Below are positions 1-10,006 of a DNA stretch of 64,000 nucleotides, piece after piece (positions within the stretch are counted from its first letter, which is position 1; each line of letters starts with the position of its first letter). Origin of the DNA: Sorangium sp. (GTDB lineage Bacteria > Myxococcota_A > Polyangia > Polyangiales > Polyangiaceae); NCBI GenBank assembly GCA_019695485.1, contig JAEUAF010000335.1:2343-66342 (forward strand), in the 5' to 3' direction. Both the position numbers and the translations under genes were made by a program. The notes beneath the pieces are model-generated. The model was not told the DNA's origin and made no database searches. It saw only the letters and a list, made by a program, of their open reading frames with translations.

Positions 1-1
1 G

Positions 2-1297
2 CCGCTGACACCGGCCGCGGATGTGTTCGCTGTCGCGACGCTGCTGTTCGAAGCGTGGACCGGCAAACCCGCGTTTCGCCGCGCCACGGCGCGAGCGAGC
101 GCCGAAGCTCTGAAGGAGCCAGTGCCGCGCATCGACACTGAGGACGCCGCGTTGTCATTGCTGGCCGAGCACATCGCGCGGGGCCTGTCACTCGACCCTG
201 CCGAGCGGCCGCCTCAGGCGGAGCTCTTCGCGCGGCCCCTTCGCGACTTCTTGCGCAACGTCGACGCCGGTGATGTCGCACGCCGGCTCGCTGAACGAGT
301 GCGGCGCACGCGGCGCGCGACGCAGTCCTCCCCAGGTCTGACGCCGTCAGCACCTGGGACGGCCGGCCCGCGAACACCGGTCCTTGGGGGCACGCCCAAG
401 GCTGAATCCGAAGCGGGTGGAGTTGCCCGCACGCACACCTTCGCGGCTCGCGACGAAGTGCTGGAGTGGACGCGACGCATCGATTCGAGGCCGCCCACCT
501 CGAACAACCTGGTCATGTCTCCCCCGTCGAATGACGAGCACCCCAGTGGGGGCACTGCTGCGTTGCCGGGTGCGCGTCCGGCGGGAGAACCGGGCCTCGA
601 AGGGGTCGAGCTGGCGGGCCACCCGAGCGAGCCGAACACGGCGGCAGCGCCGCTGGGCCCCGCGGGCCTGGAGGCGCCAACCGCTTCGAGCGCGTCGCGT
701 GGGGCGGGGCCGCTCGCCTGGCTCGCTCTGACGGCCGTACTCGCGGGCGCGATCGGCATCGGAATTTCGCGGGCGCAGACTCAGTCCGCACTGCGCGTGA
801 TCGCGCCGCGCCCTGCCGTGGCGTTGCGGCCTGTCCTGAGCGCGTCGCCTGGGCAAGCCATCGCGTCGCCGCCGGGTTCCGTGCCCGTGGGCGAGATTCA
901 CGCGCCCCAACTGCAGAGTGCGGATTTGTCTGCCCCTCCGCCGCGTTTCGCGATGGGCGCAGCCGCGGGCGCACACGCTCCGCTGTCGAGCCCCCAAGCT
1001 CTGGCAGTCAGCGCTCATCGTGTACTTTCCGAGCCGTCTTCCGCTAGCGCCGTTGCGGGTGTGTTGCGGCTCACGGCGGACCCGCAAGCGAGCGTGAGCC
1101 TGCAGGGGCCCGCCGGATCGAAGTCCCTGAGCACGCCGGTGAGGGAGCTCAAGCTCGCGCCCGGGGTGTACGTCGTGACCTTCAGAAACGACACGTACGG
1201 CGCACCAGTCGTGACCCGAGTCACGCTCACGGCGGGCGGTGAGCGTAGCGTTCACGTCGACTTTCGCGAAGTCGAGCCGCGCGTCAGCGTCCGCTGA
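2..1297 (+). CDS. Ser/Thr protein kinase, 5'-truncated by window edge; TM segment and C-terminal PEGA-like domain
   Basis: Frame +2 from base 2 reads PLTPAADVFAVATLLFEAWTGKPAF (Hanks subdomain IX), then LSLDPAERP (XI), a Pro/Ala linker, a TM (LAWLALTAVLAGAIGIGI) and a beta-rich PEGA-like end (LAPGVYVVTF). Confidence 0.85.
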   Translation, partial: PLTPAADVFAVATLLFEAWTGKPAFRRATARASAEALKEPVPRIDTEDAALSLLAEHIARGLSLDPAERPPQAELFARPLRDFLRNVDAGDVARRLAERVRRTRRATQSSPGLTPSAPGTAGPRTPVLGGTPKAESEAGGVARTHTFAARDEVLEWTRRIDSRPPTSNNLVMSPPSNDEHPSGGTAALPGARPAGEPGLEGVELAGHPSEPNTAAAPLGPAGLEAPTASSASRGAGPLAWLALTAVLAGAIGIGISRAQTQSALRVIAPRPAVALRPVLSASPGQAIASPPGSVPVGEIHAPQLQSADLSAPPPRFAMGAAAGAHAPLSSPQALAVSAHRVLSEPSSASAVAGVLRLTADPQASVSLQGPAGSKSLSTPVRELKLAPGVYVVTFRNDTYGAPVVTRVTLTAGGERSVHVDFREVEPRVSVR

Positions 1298-1298
1298 C

Positions 1299-1850
1299 TC
1301 AGCGCGCCGAGGTGGGGGCTGCGTTGGCGAGCAGCCCCAGTTTGCGGAGCGCTTCGTAGAGCGCGATAGAAACCGCGTTCGCGAGGTTCAGCGAGCGCAC
1401 CGGGCCGAGCAGCGGGATGCCGATGACGTCCGCCGAGCGAGCTTCCAACAACGTGTCGGGCAAGCCCACGCTTTCCTTGCCGAACACCAAGCAATCCCCG
1501 AGCCGAAAATCCGCATCGAGGTAGCTCTGTTGGGCGTGGCCGCTGAAAAGGAAGGTGCGCGGGGGGCGCGCAGCGGGTCGCGCGGTCGCGCGGATGTTGA
1601 TTTCGGCCTCCGCCAGCGTTCGGTGCTGGTGGAGCTCCACATGCTCCCAATAGTCGAGCCCTGCGCGACGCACCGCGTGCGCATCGATCCGAAAGCCCAG
1701 CGACCCTACCAAGTGCAGCGGGCAACCCGTCGCAGCCGAGAGGCGCGCGACGTTGCCCGTATTCGGTGGGATCTCGGGCTCGACGAGCACGAGGTGTAAA
1801 GCCCGGTCCGGCTTGGGCGCGCGCAGGGACTTGTCTCGTCCAGTAAACAC
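1299..1850 (-). CDS. trmL: tRNA (cytidine/uridine-34 2'-O)-methyltransferase, SPOUT family
   Basis: LVEPEIPPNTGNVARL, RRAGLDYW, FGKESVGLP, RSLNLANAVSIALYEA; start trimmed to GTG 1850 (uncertain). Confidence 0.92.
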   Translation of the reverse strand: MFTGRDKSLRAPKPDRALHLVLVEPEIPPNTGNVARLSAATGCPLHLVGSLGFRIDAHAVRRAGLDYWEHVELHQHRTLAEAEINIRATARPAARPPRTFLFSGHAQQSYLDADFRLGDCLVFGKESVGLPDTLLEARSADVIGIPLLGPVRSLNLANAVSIALYEALRKLGLLANAAPTSAR

Positions 1851-2018
1851 GCCCGAGTGACTAGCACGGCCGACCCGTGCCAGGGCCTGCGGCCGGCCCC
1901 CGGCACGGATGAACAATCGGGCCGGGAGCGCGCGGGGCGGGAGGAACCCCCGAGGTATGCTTGACTGCCCTCCCGGGCGGCAAGTAGCCTCCCCGTGCGG
2001 CCTTCTGGACCGCGGACA

Positions 2019-3116
2019 ATGAAAGCTCGCCCCGCTGTCTTTGCCGTCGGGTTCTTGGCATTTGCCACCGCTTCCGTCGCTGCCGCTGAGCCGATGGATC
2101 CCGCGTTGGAGCGCTTCGTAACCACGAGTTCGTCGAGCTGTCGCGACGCCGTGGGACGCTACGTTCCCGGGACCGACGCCGCGGGTCCGGCTGTGTGTCA
2201 GCCCGATAGCCTGATGTTCAAGCGCTTCGTGAATCAGCTTGGCTTTGCGTTTGCGCCGAGCGCCATGCATTCCGCGCGCACTACGGGCTACGGCGGTTTC
2301 GACGTCTCCGTCGAAGGCAACTACACCAAGATTTCGAGCGATCGCGACTATTGGAAGCTCGGAACCCAAGGCTCGAAGGATCCTTCGACGAATCTGGCGT
2401 CAGTGCGCAACAACAGTCCGCAGAGCTTGCTACAGCTTTACTCGGTGAAAATCCGCAAAGGCTTCGGCTTCGGATTGGAACTCGCGGGCATGGTAGGTTT
2501 CATGCCGAAAACGAGCCTAATCGGCGGCGGCGCTGACGTGCGCATGTCGCTGCTCGAGGGCTTCCGTCACGGCATCTTGGGAATCTTTCCCGACGTCGCT
2601 GTTGGCGGTGGGGTGCGTACGATCACCGGCACGCCCGAGCTGCAGCTGACCATCGCGAGCCTCGACGCTCAGATTTCGAAGCCGCTCCCGATTCAGGACT
2701 CCTCCGTTCTCACGCCGTGGATTGGCTACCAGCATCTTTGGATATTCGGTGATTCGGGCATCGTCGACCTGACCCCGGGAACCAACGCGCAGCAGTATTG
2801 CGGCTACGCGGGCAACAACGTGCCCGGCGCGCGGGGTGCCAAAGGCGACCCTGATGGCCAGCCGATCTGCACGGCGTCTGGTAACAATCCACAAGCGGAC
2901 TTCAACAACAACGCCGTGTTTTCCGCGGCGCGCTTGAAGCGCCATCGCTTGCTCGTCGGCATGAACTACCGCTATGAAATGGTGATGGTTGGCGCGCAGT
3001 TCATCACTGACCTGACCAGCCCGTCGGATGCGCAGACCACCGACAAAGACAAGGCCGACCTCAAGGGCGAGGAACGGCAGTGGACCCTGGCTCTCGAGCT
3101 CGGCGCCGCGTTCTGA
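2019..3116 (+). CDS. Exported protein, probable outer-membrane beta-barrel of unknown function
   Basis: Signal peptide MKARPAVFAVGFLAFATASVAAA; alternating amphipathic strands; ends WTLALELGAAF (terminal Phe beta-signal). Confidence 0.6.
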   Translation: MKARPAVFAVGFLAFATASVAAAEPMDPALERFVTTSSSSCRDAVGRYVPGTDAAGPAVCQPDSLMFKRFVNQLGFAFAPSAMHSARTTGYGGFDVSVEGNYTKISSDRDYWKLGTQGSKDPSTNLASVRNNSPQSLLQLYSVKIRKGFGFGLELAGMVGFMPKTSLIGGGADVRMSLLEGFRHGILGIFPDVAVGGGVRTITGTPELQLTIASLDAQISKPLPIQDSSVLTPWIGYQHLWIFGDSGIVDLTPGTNAQQYCGYAGNNVPGARGAKGDPDGQPICTASGNNPQADFNNNAVFSAARLKRHRLLVGMNYRYEMVMVGAQFITDLTSPSDAQTTDKDKADLKGEERQWTLALELGAAF

Positions 3117-3141
3117 GCGACCGAGGACCGGGGTGAGTGCG

Positions 3142-3801
3142 CTAGTGCAGTGTGTGGCCGTGCTTGTGCGCGACCGGCGCCCGCACTTCCTCGCCCGCGA
3201 AGCCATCCGGTAGGGGTGGCAGCGAACCGCCGAAGCGTACGCTAACGAGCGTGGCCGCCAAGCTGACCGCACCGCTTGCGTAGAGCCCCCAGCGCCAAGC
3301 GATCAGAACCGGCACGAGGCCGTGACCACGCGGTGGCAAGAAGAGCAGCAAGCCCACCTCACAGAGCGTCAGGCTCGCGAGCAGCACCGAGACCACCCGC
3401 ACCCCGCGCATGCGGGCGATGGTGCGCCGAGTCAGCGCGAACGGGATCAGCACGAAGTACGCCGCGGCGCCGCCCCAAAGCCACCCCGCGCGGCCACGCG
3501 CCAGGTCGTAGCCCGAACGCAACGCCGTCTCCGGGCGGATAATCTCGACCCAGGGCGTAAAGAAGGCACAGAGCCCCAGCAGACAGAGCGCGACCAGCGC
3601 GCCCTTTCCTCGCCCAAAGGCGGTCCACGGCAACACTTCGTCTTCAGGCAGGGTGGCGGGCACGGGGTCGTCCAGTTGGCTATCATGCGAGGGTCCCAGG
3701 GTGTGCATGGGCACCAAGGCGACCCCGCAATCGGCGCAAACCGACCCTTCGTCTGGCCGATACAGCGTGCGACAGAAAGGGCAAGCTCGAAGGGCCGACA
3801 T
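3142..3801 (-). CDS. Membrane protein with N-terminal zinc ribbon
   Basis: CPFC...CADC, about 4 hydrophobic segments, His-rich tail HKHGHTLH. Confidence 0.7.
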   Translation of the reverse strand: MSALRACPFCRTLYRPDEGSVCADCGVALVPMHTLGPSHDSQLDDPVPATLPEDEVLPWTAFGRGKGALVALCLLGLCAFFTPWVEIIRPETALRSGYDLARGRAGWLWGGAAAYFVLIPFALTRRTIARMRGVRVVSVLLASLTLCEVGLLLFLPPRGHGLVPVLIAWRWGLYASGAVSLAATLVSVRFGGSLPPLPDGFAGEEVRAPVAHKHGHTLH

Positions 3802-3903
3802 CGCGTGGCGTAGCCTAGCGCGGCTGGCGCGTCTCAGGTGGCCTGTGGTCGAATCCGGGCGGCCTTTGCTACCTACATCGGCTAGCCTTGTAGGGCGTCT
3901 CGC

Positions 3904-4650
3904 ATGTCGGCGCCCGACTCATCCCCCACTCCCGGCCTCGAGGATATCCTCGTTCGGTTCGAGCTCCATCCAGAGGCGCCCCATCTCGTTCAAGCGCTGA
4001 CCCATCCGAGTTACGCGAACGAGCGGCGCGATGCGCTCGACAACCAGCGCTTGGAGTTTCTAGGCGATGCCGTCTTGGGCTTTTGCGTGAGCGACCTCAT
4101 CTACGGCCGTTTCCCGCAGGCGGACGAGGGCACCCTGACTCGCCTTCGCGCCCAGCTCGTGAACGCCGAGGCGCTCGCGGAGTGGGCGCGCGCGAGCGGC
4201 GTTCCTGAGGCGTTGAGGCTCGGTCGCGGCGCGGGCGCATCCGGATTGCGCCAGAGCACCAACGTGCTCGCGGACGCGGTCGAGGCCTTGATCGCAGCCT
4301 GCTTCCTGGACGCCGGTCTCGACAGCGCGCGGCGTGTTTGTGCGCGCATCGTAGAGGCGCGCCTCGAGGCCTTCGAGAGAGTGGGCGCTCGCGACCCCAA
4401 GAGTGAGCTTCAGGAGCGGCTCCAGGCCAACGGTGAACCGCCGCCGTCCTATGATCTCGCGGAGAGCGGCGGGCCAGCGCACGAACGCTGGTTCCGGGTT
4501 CGCGTACGCGTCGGAGAGCATGTCCTCGGGGAGGGCCTTGGTCGTTCGAAGCGCGCGGCAGAACGCGCGGCCGCCGAGGTCGCGCTCGCCGGCCCGCTCG
4601 CTCAAACCCTGGGCTTCATCGAGGAAGAGGAAGCGTCCCGCCCCGCATGA
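3904..4650 (+). CDS. rnc: Ribonuclease III
   Basis: ALTHPSY, NQRLEFLGDAVLG, DAVEALIAA, dsRBD DPKSELQE...G.GRSKRAAE. Confidence 0.96.
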   Translation: MSAPDSSPTPGLEDILVRFELHPEAPHLVQALTHPSYANERRDALDNQRLEFLGDAVLGFCVSDLIYGRFPQADEGTLTRLRAQLVNAEALAEWARASGVPEALRLGRGAGASGLRQSTNVLADAVEALIAACFLDAGLDSARRVCARIVEARLEAFERVGARDPKSELQERLQANGEPPPSYDLAESGGPAHERWFRVRVRVGEHVLGEGLGRSKRAAERAAAEVALAGPLAQTLGFIEEEEASRPA

Positions 4651-5054
4651 GACGTCGTTGGTTTCTTTCCGCTGCAACCTTCGGAGCGGGCGCCTTGCTG
4701 GCGTTGCCTGCCCTTGCCGGCAGCTATCTGAATCGAGCAGCGCTGCTGATCAGCGAAGGCAAGCGTGAGGGTGACTACCTGCGCTCACGCTTTTCGGACA
4801 AGGAGCTCGCGCGAATCATTCATCGGCTTGCGACGGCGCGGGTGGAGGCTGCGAGCGCGATGCTGGTGCCAAAGGAAGTGGTACAGGCCCACCCCCACCT
4901 ACTCCTCGTGTTCGAGAATTACGAGCGGGCTGCGGATGCGGCGGAGAACGTGCAGGCCGAACATTTCCTCTTGTTCTTGCAGCGGGCGAACGACGAGGAG
5001 CGCACTTTCCGAGCTGTATTGAAGCAGCTCGGCTGGGAAATCCCGCCCGACTGA
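4647..5054 (+). CDS. Exported helical hypothetical protein (Tat-like signal)
   Basis: MRRRWFLSAATFGAGALLALPALA; ATGA overlap with the rnc stop. Confidence 0.7.
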   Translation: MRRRWFLSAATFGAGALLALPALAGSYLNRAALLISEGKREGDYLRSRFSDKELARIIHRLATARVEAASAMLVPKEVVQAHPHLLLVFENYERAADAAENVQAEHFLLFLQRANDEERTFRAVLKQLGWEIPPD

Positions 5055-5060
5055 GCGCGC

Positions 5061-6092
5061 TCAGCGCAGGCCGCGATCGCTCGGTTCGGGGGCTTTGACG
5101 CCTGCGGCGGGCCGATGCGGCATCAGGTTCGGGCGCGGCCTGGCGAGCTTGTTGCCGAACATGGAGTCCGGGATCTGCTCGAGGAGGTCGAGGTGTTCGT
5201 CGTGTACGAATTGAGAGCGCAACGAAGCGAGTAGCGCCGTGCGCGCCTCCTCGACACGGCGTCGCTCCAGCAGCGAACGGATCGAGTCCTGTTCCTGGTC
5301 TAGCGTGCGCGCCTTTTCGGGCAATGAGCCGCGCCGCCAAATGACGGCGAATTTGCCGCCTTCGCGCACCGGAGAGGCCACGAACTCGCCGTCCTTCACA
5401 GCTTGGGCGGCGCGAAAGAGCGCAGGGTCCACGCGCAGTCGGGGCGCGTCGGTGCTGCCATCGGGGTGCACGAATCCCAAATCCCCCTGGCGGAGATTCG
5501 TCGCCTTGTCGATCGAGCTGTCGCGGGCGAGCTCGCTCCACTTGGCGGGCGAGCCCGCGGCCTTGGCCTGCTCGAGGAGGTGCTTTGCCGTGGCCTCGTC
5601 ATCCACGAGAATACGCCAGACTCGAATGCGGAGCGGTTGCTCGAAGCGGTCCCTGTTGGCCTCGAAGTAGGCTTTGACCTCGTCTGCCTTGACCGGCTTT
5701 TCGGCGAGCGCTTGCGCCTTGAGCGCCACTTCCATGGCCTGACGCAGCGCTTCGCGCTCACGGTCGTGAAACTTCGGGGACTTATCGAGACCGCGCTGCC
5801 TGGCCTCGAGCGATGTCACGAGCTCTGGCACGATCACGCTGTCCACGAAGCGGCGGGGCGCTTCGTTTGGCGCGCCTCCGAGACCCGTGATCTGAGCCGG
5901 CGCCAGGGCTTGCAGGCGTCGGTTCACGTCGGCCACGCTGACGGTGAGCTCGCCCGCCCGCACGACGACCGCGGAAGCGTCTCCAGCAGCGGCGAGCGTA
6001 CTGGTCGAGGCGAAGAGCAGAGCTGCGAGCAAGCGAGACGAAAACGCGGGAGACACGGCGGGTGTTTTAGGCTGGCCTGGGGCCTGCGACAA
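5061..6092 (-). CDS. Exported parvulin/PpiC-type peptidyl-prolyl isomerase
   Basis: Signal peptide; EVKAYFEANRDRF, WSELARDSSID, QGDLGF rotamase motifs. Confidence 0.8.
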   Translation of the reverse strand: MSQAPGQPKTPAVSPAFSSRLLAALLFASTSTLAAAGDASAVVVRAGELTVSVADVNRRLQALAPAQITGLGGAPNEAPRRFVDSVIVPELVTSLEARQRGLDKSPKFHDREREALRQAMEVALKAQALAEKPVKADEVKAYFEANRDRFEQPLRIRVWRILVDDEATAKHLLEQAKAAGSPAKWSELARDSSIDKATNLRQGDLGFVHPDGSTDAPRLRVDPALFRAAQAVKDGEFVASPVREGGKFAVIWRRGSLPEKARTLDQEQDSIRSLLERRRVEEARTALLASLRSQFVHDEHLDLLEQIPDSMFGNKLARPRPNLMPHRPAAGVKAPEPSDRGLR

Positions 6093-7128
6093 GCACCGGC
6101 AAGCCTGCCGCCCCCGCTGCGCGCGCCAATGGCCGCAGCCGTTCGCGCTTTTGGAGCACGAGACACTCTTCTTGAGCTTGAATCCCCAATGCCGAGAGGC
6201 GCTTCCGGCTGATTTCGAGCGCCTGGGGACTTTGATCGATGCCGATGGCCCGGCGTCCGAGCCGTGCCGCGACGGCGAGCGTGGTTCCGCTCCCGCAGTA
6301 GGCGTCGACGATCAAGTCGTCGGGCGCGGTGCACGCTTCGACCAGGCGAGCCATCAACGCTTCCGGCTTCTGCGTTGGGTAGCCAGTGCGCTCACGCGCG
6401 ACTGGCGCGATGATAGAGATGTCCCACACGTCCCCTAGCGGCGCGCCGGGGGACGCCTCTTCCGTAACGCTCGAGCGCCTCCGGCGACCGCGCGCGTCGA
6501 CGACCGCGCGTTGGCGACTTTTGCCCCAGGTCTTAGCCGTCGAGGGCGCTAGCGGCTCGTAAAGTTGCTTGAAACGCGGTTCGGTCTCCGGATCGCGCAC
6601 ATAGCGCAAGAGGACATCGTGAACGCGCTGAAAGTTCTTGGTCTTGGCCGGCCAGCGTCGATAGCGCCAGACTATCTCGCTCGCGAAAGCCTGCGCTCCG
6701 AAAATCTCATCACACAGCACCTTCGCGTAGTGGCTCGTTTTCGGATCGACGTGCAGCACCAAGCACCCCGCAGGGTCGAGCAGATCGCGCGCGGACTGAA
6801 TCCGGCTGCCGAGCTCTTGCAGGTATTCTTGCAGGCTCCCCCAACGATCGTCGAAGGCGGGTAGCAAGCGTCGCACGATGCCGTCCTTCCCGCGTGAGCG
6901 TTCGACGTGCGTGTGCTCCCGCCCCGTAAAGAAGGGGGGATCCATGTAGACCAAATGAGCGCGCTCCTGCCCCGCTCCCAGGGCCGCAAGTGCAGAGAGG
7001 TTGTCTCCCCAGACGAGGCGGGTGCTGGCTGCCCCGGGCTGCACGACTTTCAAAGTTGCCAGTGGCGGGCGAGCGAACTCGGCCCTGCCGGGCCAGGCCA
7101 GGCGCACGGCGTGATCAGCGGGGGGCAT
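6067..7128 (-). CDS. Orphan DNA amino-methyltransferase (N6-A/N4-C, beta-class motif order)
   Basis: WGDNL, VYMDPPFFTG (motif IV), YPTQKPEALMARLV, DAYCGSGTT (motif I); start trimmed to ATG 7128. Confidence 0.88.
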   Translation of the reverse strand: MPPADHAVRLAWPGRAEFARPPLATLKVVQPGAASTRLVWGDNLSALAALGAGQERAHLVYMDPPFFTGREHTHVERSRGKDGIVRRLLPAFDDRWGSLQEYLQELGSRIQSARDLLDPAGCLVLHVDPKTSHYAKVLCDEIFGAQAFASEIVWRYRRWPAKTKNFQRVHDVLLRYVRDPETEPRFKQLYEPLAPSTAKTWGKSRQRAVVDARGRRRRSSVTEEASPGAPLGDVWDISIIAPVARERTGYPTQKPEALMARLVEACTAPDDLIVDAYCGSGTTLAVAARLGRRAIGIDQSPQALEISRKRLSALGIQAQEECLVLQKRERLRPLARAAGAAGLPVLVAGPRPA

Positions 7129-7251
7129 CGCGTAAAATCGTAACCAGCGCTGCGAACGCCGGCCAAGTTTCGACCTGGGAAGCAGAGTCGCGCCAGGCCG
7201 CACCGATTCGGACCCTTGCGCCGCCCCCAGTGCCGAGACTACTTCCATCGC

Positions 7252-7728
7252 GTGCAGACCGGATTCTTCGACCGCTGGCGCCGTGGCGCGCCGCTCGTCG
7301 CGCTCGGGCTTTTGGGCGCCTGCGAGCGAGAGGCGTCGGATGCACGACCCGAGCAGGTGGTCGAGGAGTTTGCGCAGCGTATGCAGCGCGTGCACGGCGA
7401 GCCCAAGTCCGCGCGGGCCGCCTACGAACTGCTCTGGGTGGAGGCGCGCCAGAACCTGGCAGAGCGCGCCAAGCGAGCGAGCGCGGTGGCCGGCCGCGAG
7501 GTAGCGCCGGAGGACATGTTGGCGCCGTCGCGCTTCTCGCTCAAATTCGTGCCCAAACACTACACGGCGAGGATCGACGGCGACTGGGCGCTCGTCGCTG
7601 TCAGCGGTGAAGGTCCAGACGCGCCCTCTCACAACGTGCGCTGCGTTCGTGAAGATGGTCATTGGCGCGTGGTGCTCGAATTGCCACCCCTTGCTCCGAT
7701 TCAGCACCGCCCCGACGGCGGGCTCTGA
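7252..7728 (+). CDS. Hypothetical lipoprotein
   Basis: Lipobox LLGA-C; NTF2-like ending VREDGHWRV; start uncertain. Confidence 0.65.
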   Translation: MQTGFFDRWRRGAPLVALGLLGACEREASDARPEQVVEEFAQRMQRVHGEPKSARAAYELLWVEARQNLAERAKRASAVAGREVAPEDMLAPSRFSLKFVPKHYTARIDGDWALVAVSGEGPDAPSHNVRCVREDGHWRVVLELPPLAPIQHRPDGGL

Positions 7729-7816
7729 GCAAACCCGCGCGGCTACACGCGCCTGATCGTCGCAAACGCGACCGACGCCCGGGGCAGGTCGGCCACGTGT
7801 GCTCGCGCGGCGCAAC

Positions 7817-7853
7817 AAAAAGCAAAAAGGGCACACGCTGCTGCGTGCGCCCT
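7817..7853 (-). terminator. Intrinsic terminator of cdnL
   Basis: Minus strand AGGGCGCACGC-AGCA-GCGTGTGCCCT followed by TTTTGCTTTTT, about 20 nt after the cdnL stop. Confidence 0.85.
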
Positions 7854-7873
7854 CGTCGCGGGACCTGATCCGA

Positions 7874-8380
<507 letters not shown>

Positions 8381-8638
8381 GACGTCTCCTTGACTGCACA
8401 TCGCGCCGCTCGCGTGCCCACCGAAAACCGGCGACCCGTTAGCGCGCGACCATCAGACCGAATACTCGGCTAGGTCCCGTTTCCTTCTCGCGACGACACT
8501 GTCGAGCGCGACAACAACGAACGGGACATGAGTTTCATTCCAGCCTCTGCCATCGCGGGTTCCCACGGCATTTCGCCCGGGTTTCCTTGCGCGATTGCTG
8601 ACTCACCTGAATTGAACTCAGGTTTCGCCAGGCGCGGC

Positions 8639-8667
8639 ACTCTAATCGGCTTCTTCAGTTCTGTCAA
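8639..8667 (-). promoter_or_regulatory. sigma70-type promoter for cdnL
   Basis: Minus strand TTGACA (8667-8662), 17 nt spacer, TAGAGT (8644-8639). Confidence 0.75.
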
Positions 8668-9055
8668 CTTATCGTGACACGAACTCTGCTCGTGCGCCCC
8701 AAGATGACGCGTTGCTAGCCAACCAGTCAGAAGTGCAACGCATTCCACAGAAGAGCGATTCACGAATTCCAGACTCTAGCACTCCTTCGCCCCGGGTGGG
8801 ACCCTATCCGACCTTGGCGCCGGCCTATCTCGCGATCCAGCCGCGGTTTTTCGTAACAAATAATCTTTCGGCCGCAGTTTCCCCGTAGCGCTGCTGCCAC
8901 CGGCGCGTTGAGCCCGGGTTCTAAATTGGGCAGCGGATGCCCAACGTCTCCCGCTCTCAGGGATGGCGATCATCGTCGGCCCATCGCACGCGGGGGGGCG
9001 CTTCGCGTTACTGAACGGCTGCACCCCTGCCCGAAAGGTGGGGGCGCTGAGGGGG

Positions 9056-10006
9056 CTAATCCGCTGTTTCGGCGAGGCGCTGCACGAGCCCCCAGCGCAC
9101 GCCGCGGTCGGAAACCAGCAGGCGATCGCTCCCCGACCAGACGAGGACGCGGCGCACGATCTCTGCGCCCACCACGATGACGTCTGCGCGCTTCGGCTCG
9201 AGTCCCGCCAGGGATTGGCGTGCGCTGACATTGAGTTTTGCGAGTCGCTCCGCGACCGCGAATATGGAGTCGCGCGTCATCACGTGCCCGTGCACTCGCG
9301 AAGGGTCATAGACATCGAGGCCGAGCTCGACTGCAGCTAGCGTCGTCACGGTACCAGCGACACCGACCAGCGTCGCGCCCTTGCTCGGAGGCGCTAGCGT
9401 CCGCAGTGCGAGCTCCACGTCGTTCGCGACGCGCTCGAGCTCGTCGACGGTCAGCGGATCGGTGTGCACGTGACGCTCGAAGAGGCGCACGCTTCCGACG
9501 TCGAGGCTCGCGGCGGCCTGTACGTCGCTAGAATGCGGGCTCGTACTCGTGATGACCTCGGTGCTGCCGCCTCCGACATCGAAAACCGTCACCGGTCCCT
9601 GGCAAGAAAGGCCGGAGAGCGCCCCGTCGAAGGTCAGCGCTGCTTCCTCGAGACCGTCGATAATCTTCGGACGGACGCCGAGAACCTGCTGCGCCTTGTC
9701 GAGAAAATCGCGGCCGCCGACGGCGTCGCGCAGCGCGCTGGTGCCGACCACGGCGAGGCGCGGCGAGCCATGTTGGCGCAGCAGTTCTGCGTAGCCCTCG
9801 AGGCACGAAAGGGTGCGCTGTGAGGCGTCGTCGCCGAGGCGGCGCGTGCGATCCACGCCTTCACCCAAACGCGTGATTGTGGCGCGCTCGAGCTCGGTCG
9901 ACAGCGCGCCTGCCGCACGGCGCGCTATCAGCAGCAAGACGGAGTTGGTACCGATATCGATCGCGGAAACGAGCTCACCCGCGCGCGAATCGGCGGGCTT
10001 TGTCAC
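9056..10006 (-). CDS. ppx: Ppx/GppA family phosphatase, short form
   Basis: IDIGTNSVLL, ITRLGEGVD, GTSALRDA, DVGGGSTE, RADVIVVG, SDRGVRWG. Confidence 0.92.
   Translation of the reverse strand: MTKPADSRAGELVSAIDIGTNSVLLLIARRAAGALSTELERATITRLGEGVDRTRRLGDDASQRTLSCLEGYAELLRQHGSPRLAVVGTSALRDAVGGRDFLDKAQQVLGVRPKIIDGLEEAALTFDGALSGLSCQGPVTVFDVGGGSTEVITSTSPHSSDVQAAASLDVGSVRLFERHVHTDPLTVDELERVANDVELALRTLAPPSKGATLVGVAGTVTTLAAVELGLDVYDPSRVHGHVMTRDSIFAVAERLAKLNVSARQSLAGLEPKRADVIVVGAEIVRRVLVWSGSDRLLVSDRGVRWGLVQRLAETAD

Noticed and set aside
4040-4080. RNase III signature NQRLEFLGD instead of NERLEFLGD
   Set aside because: A common natural variant; the catalytic acidic residues are intact.
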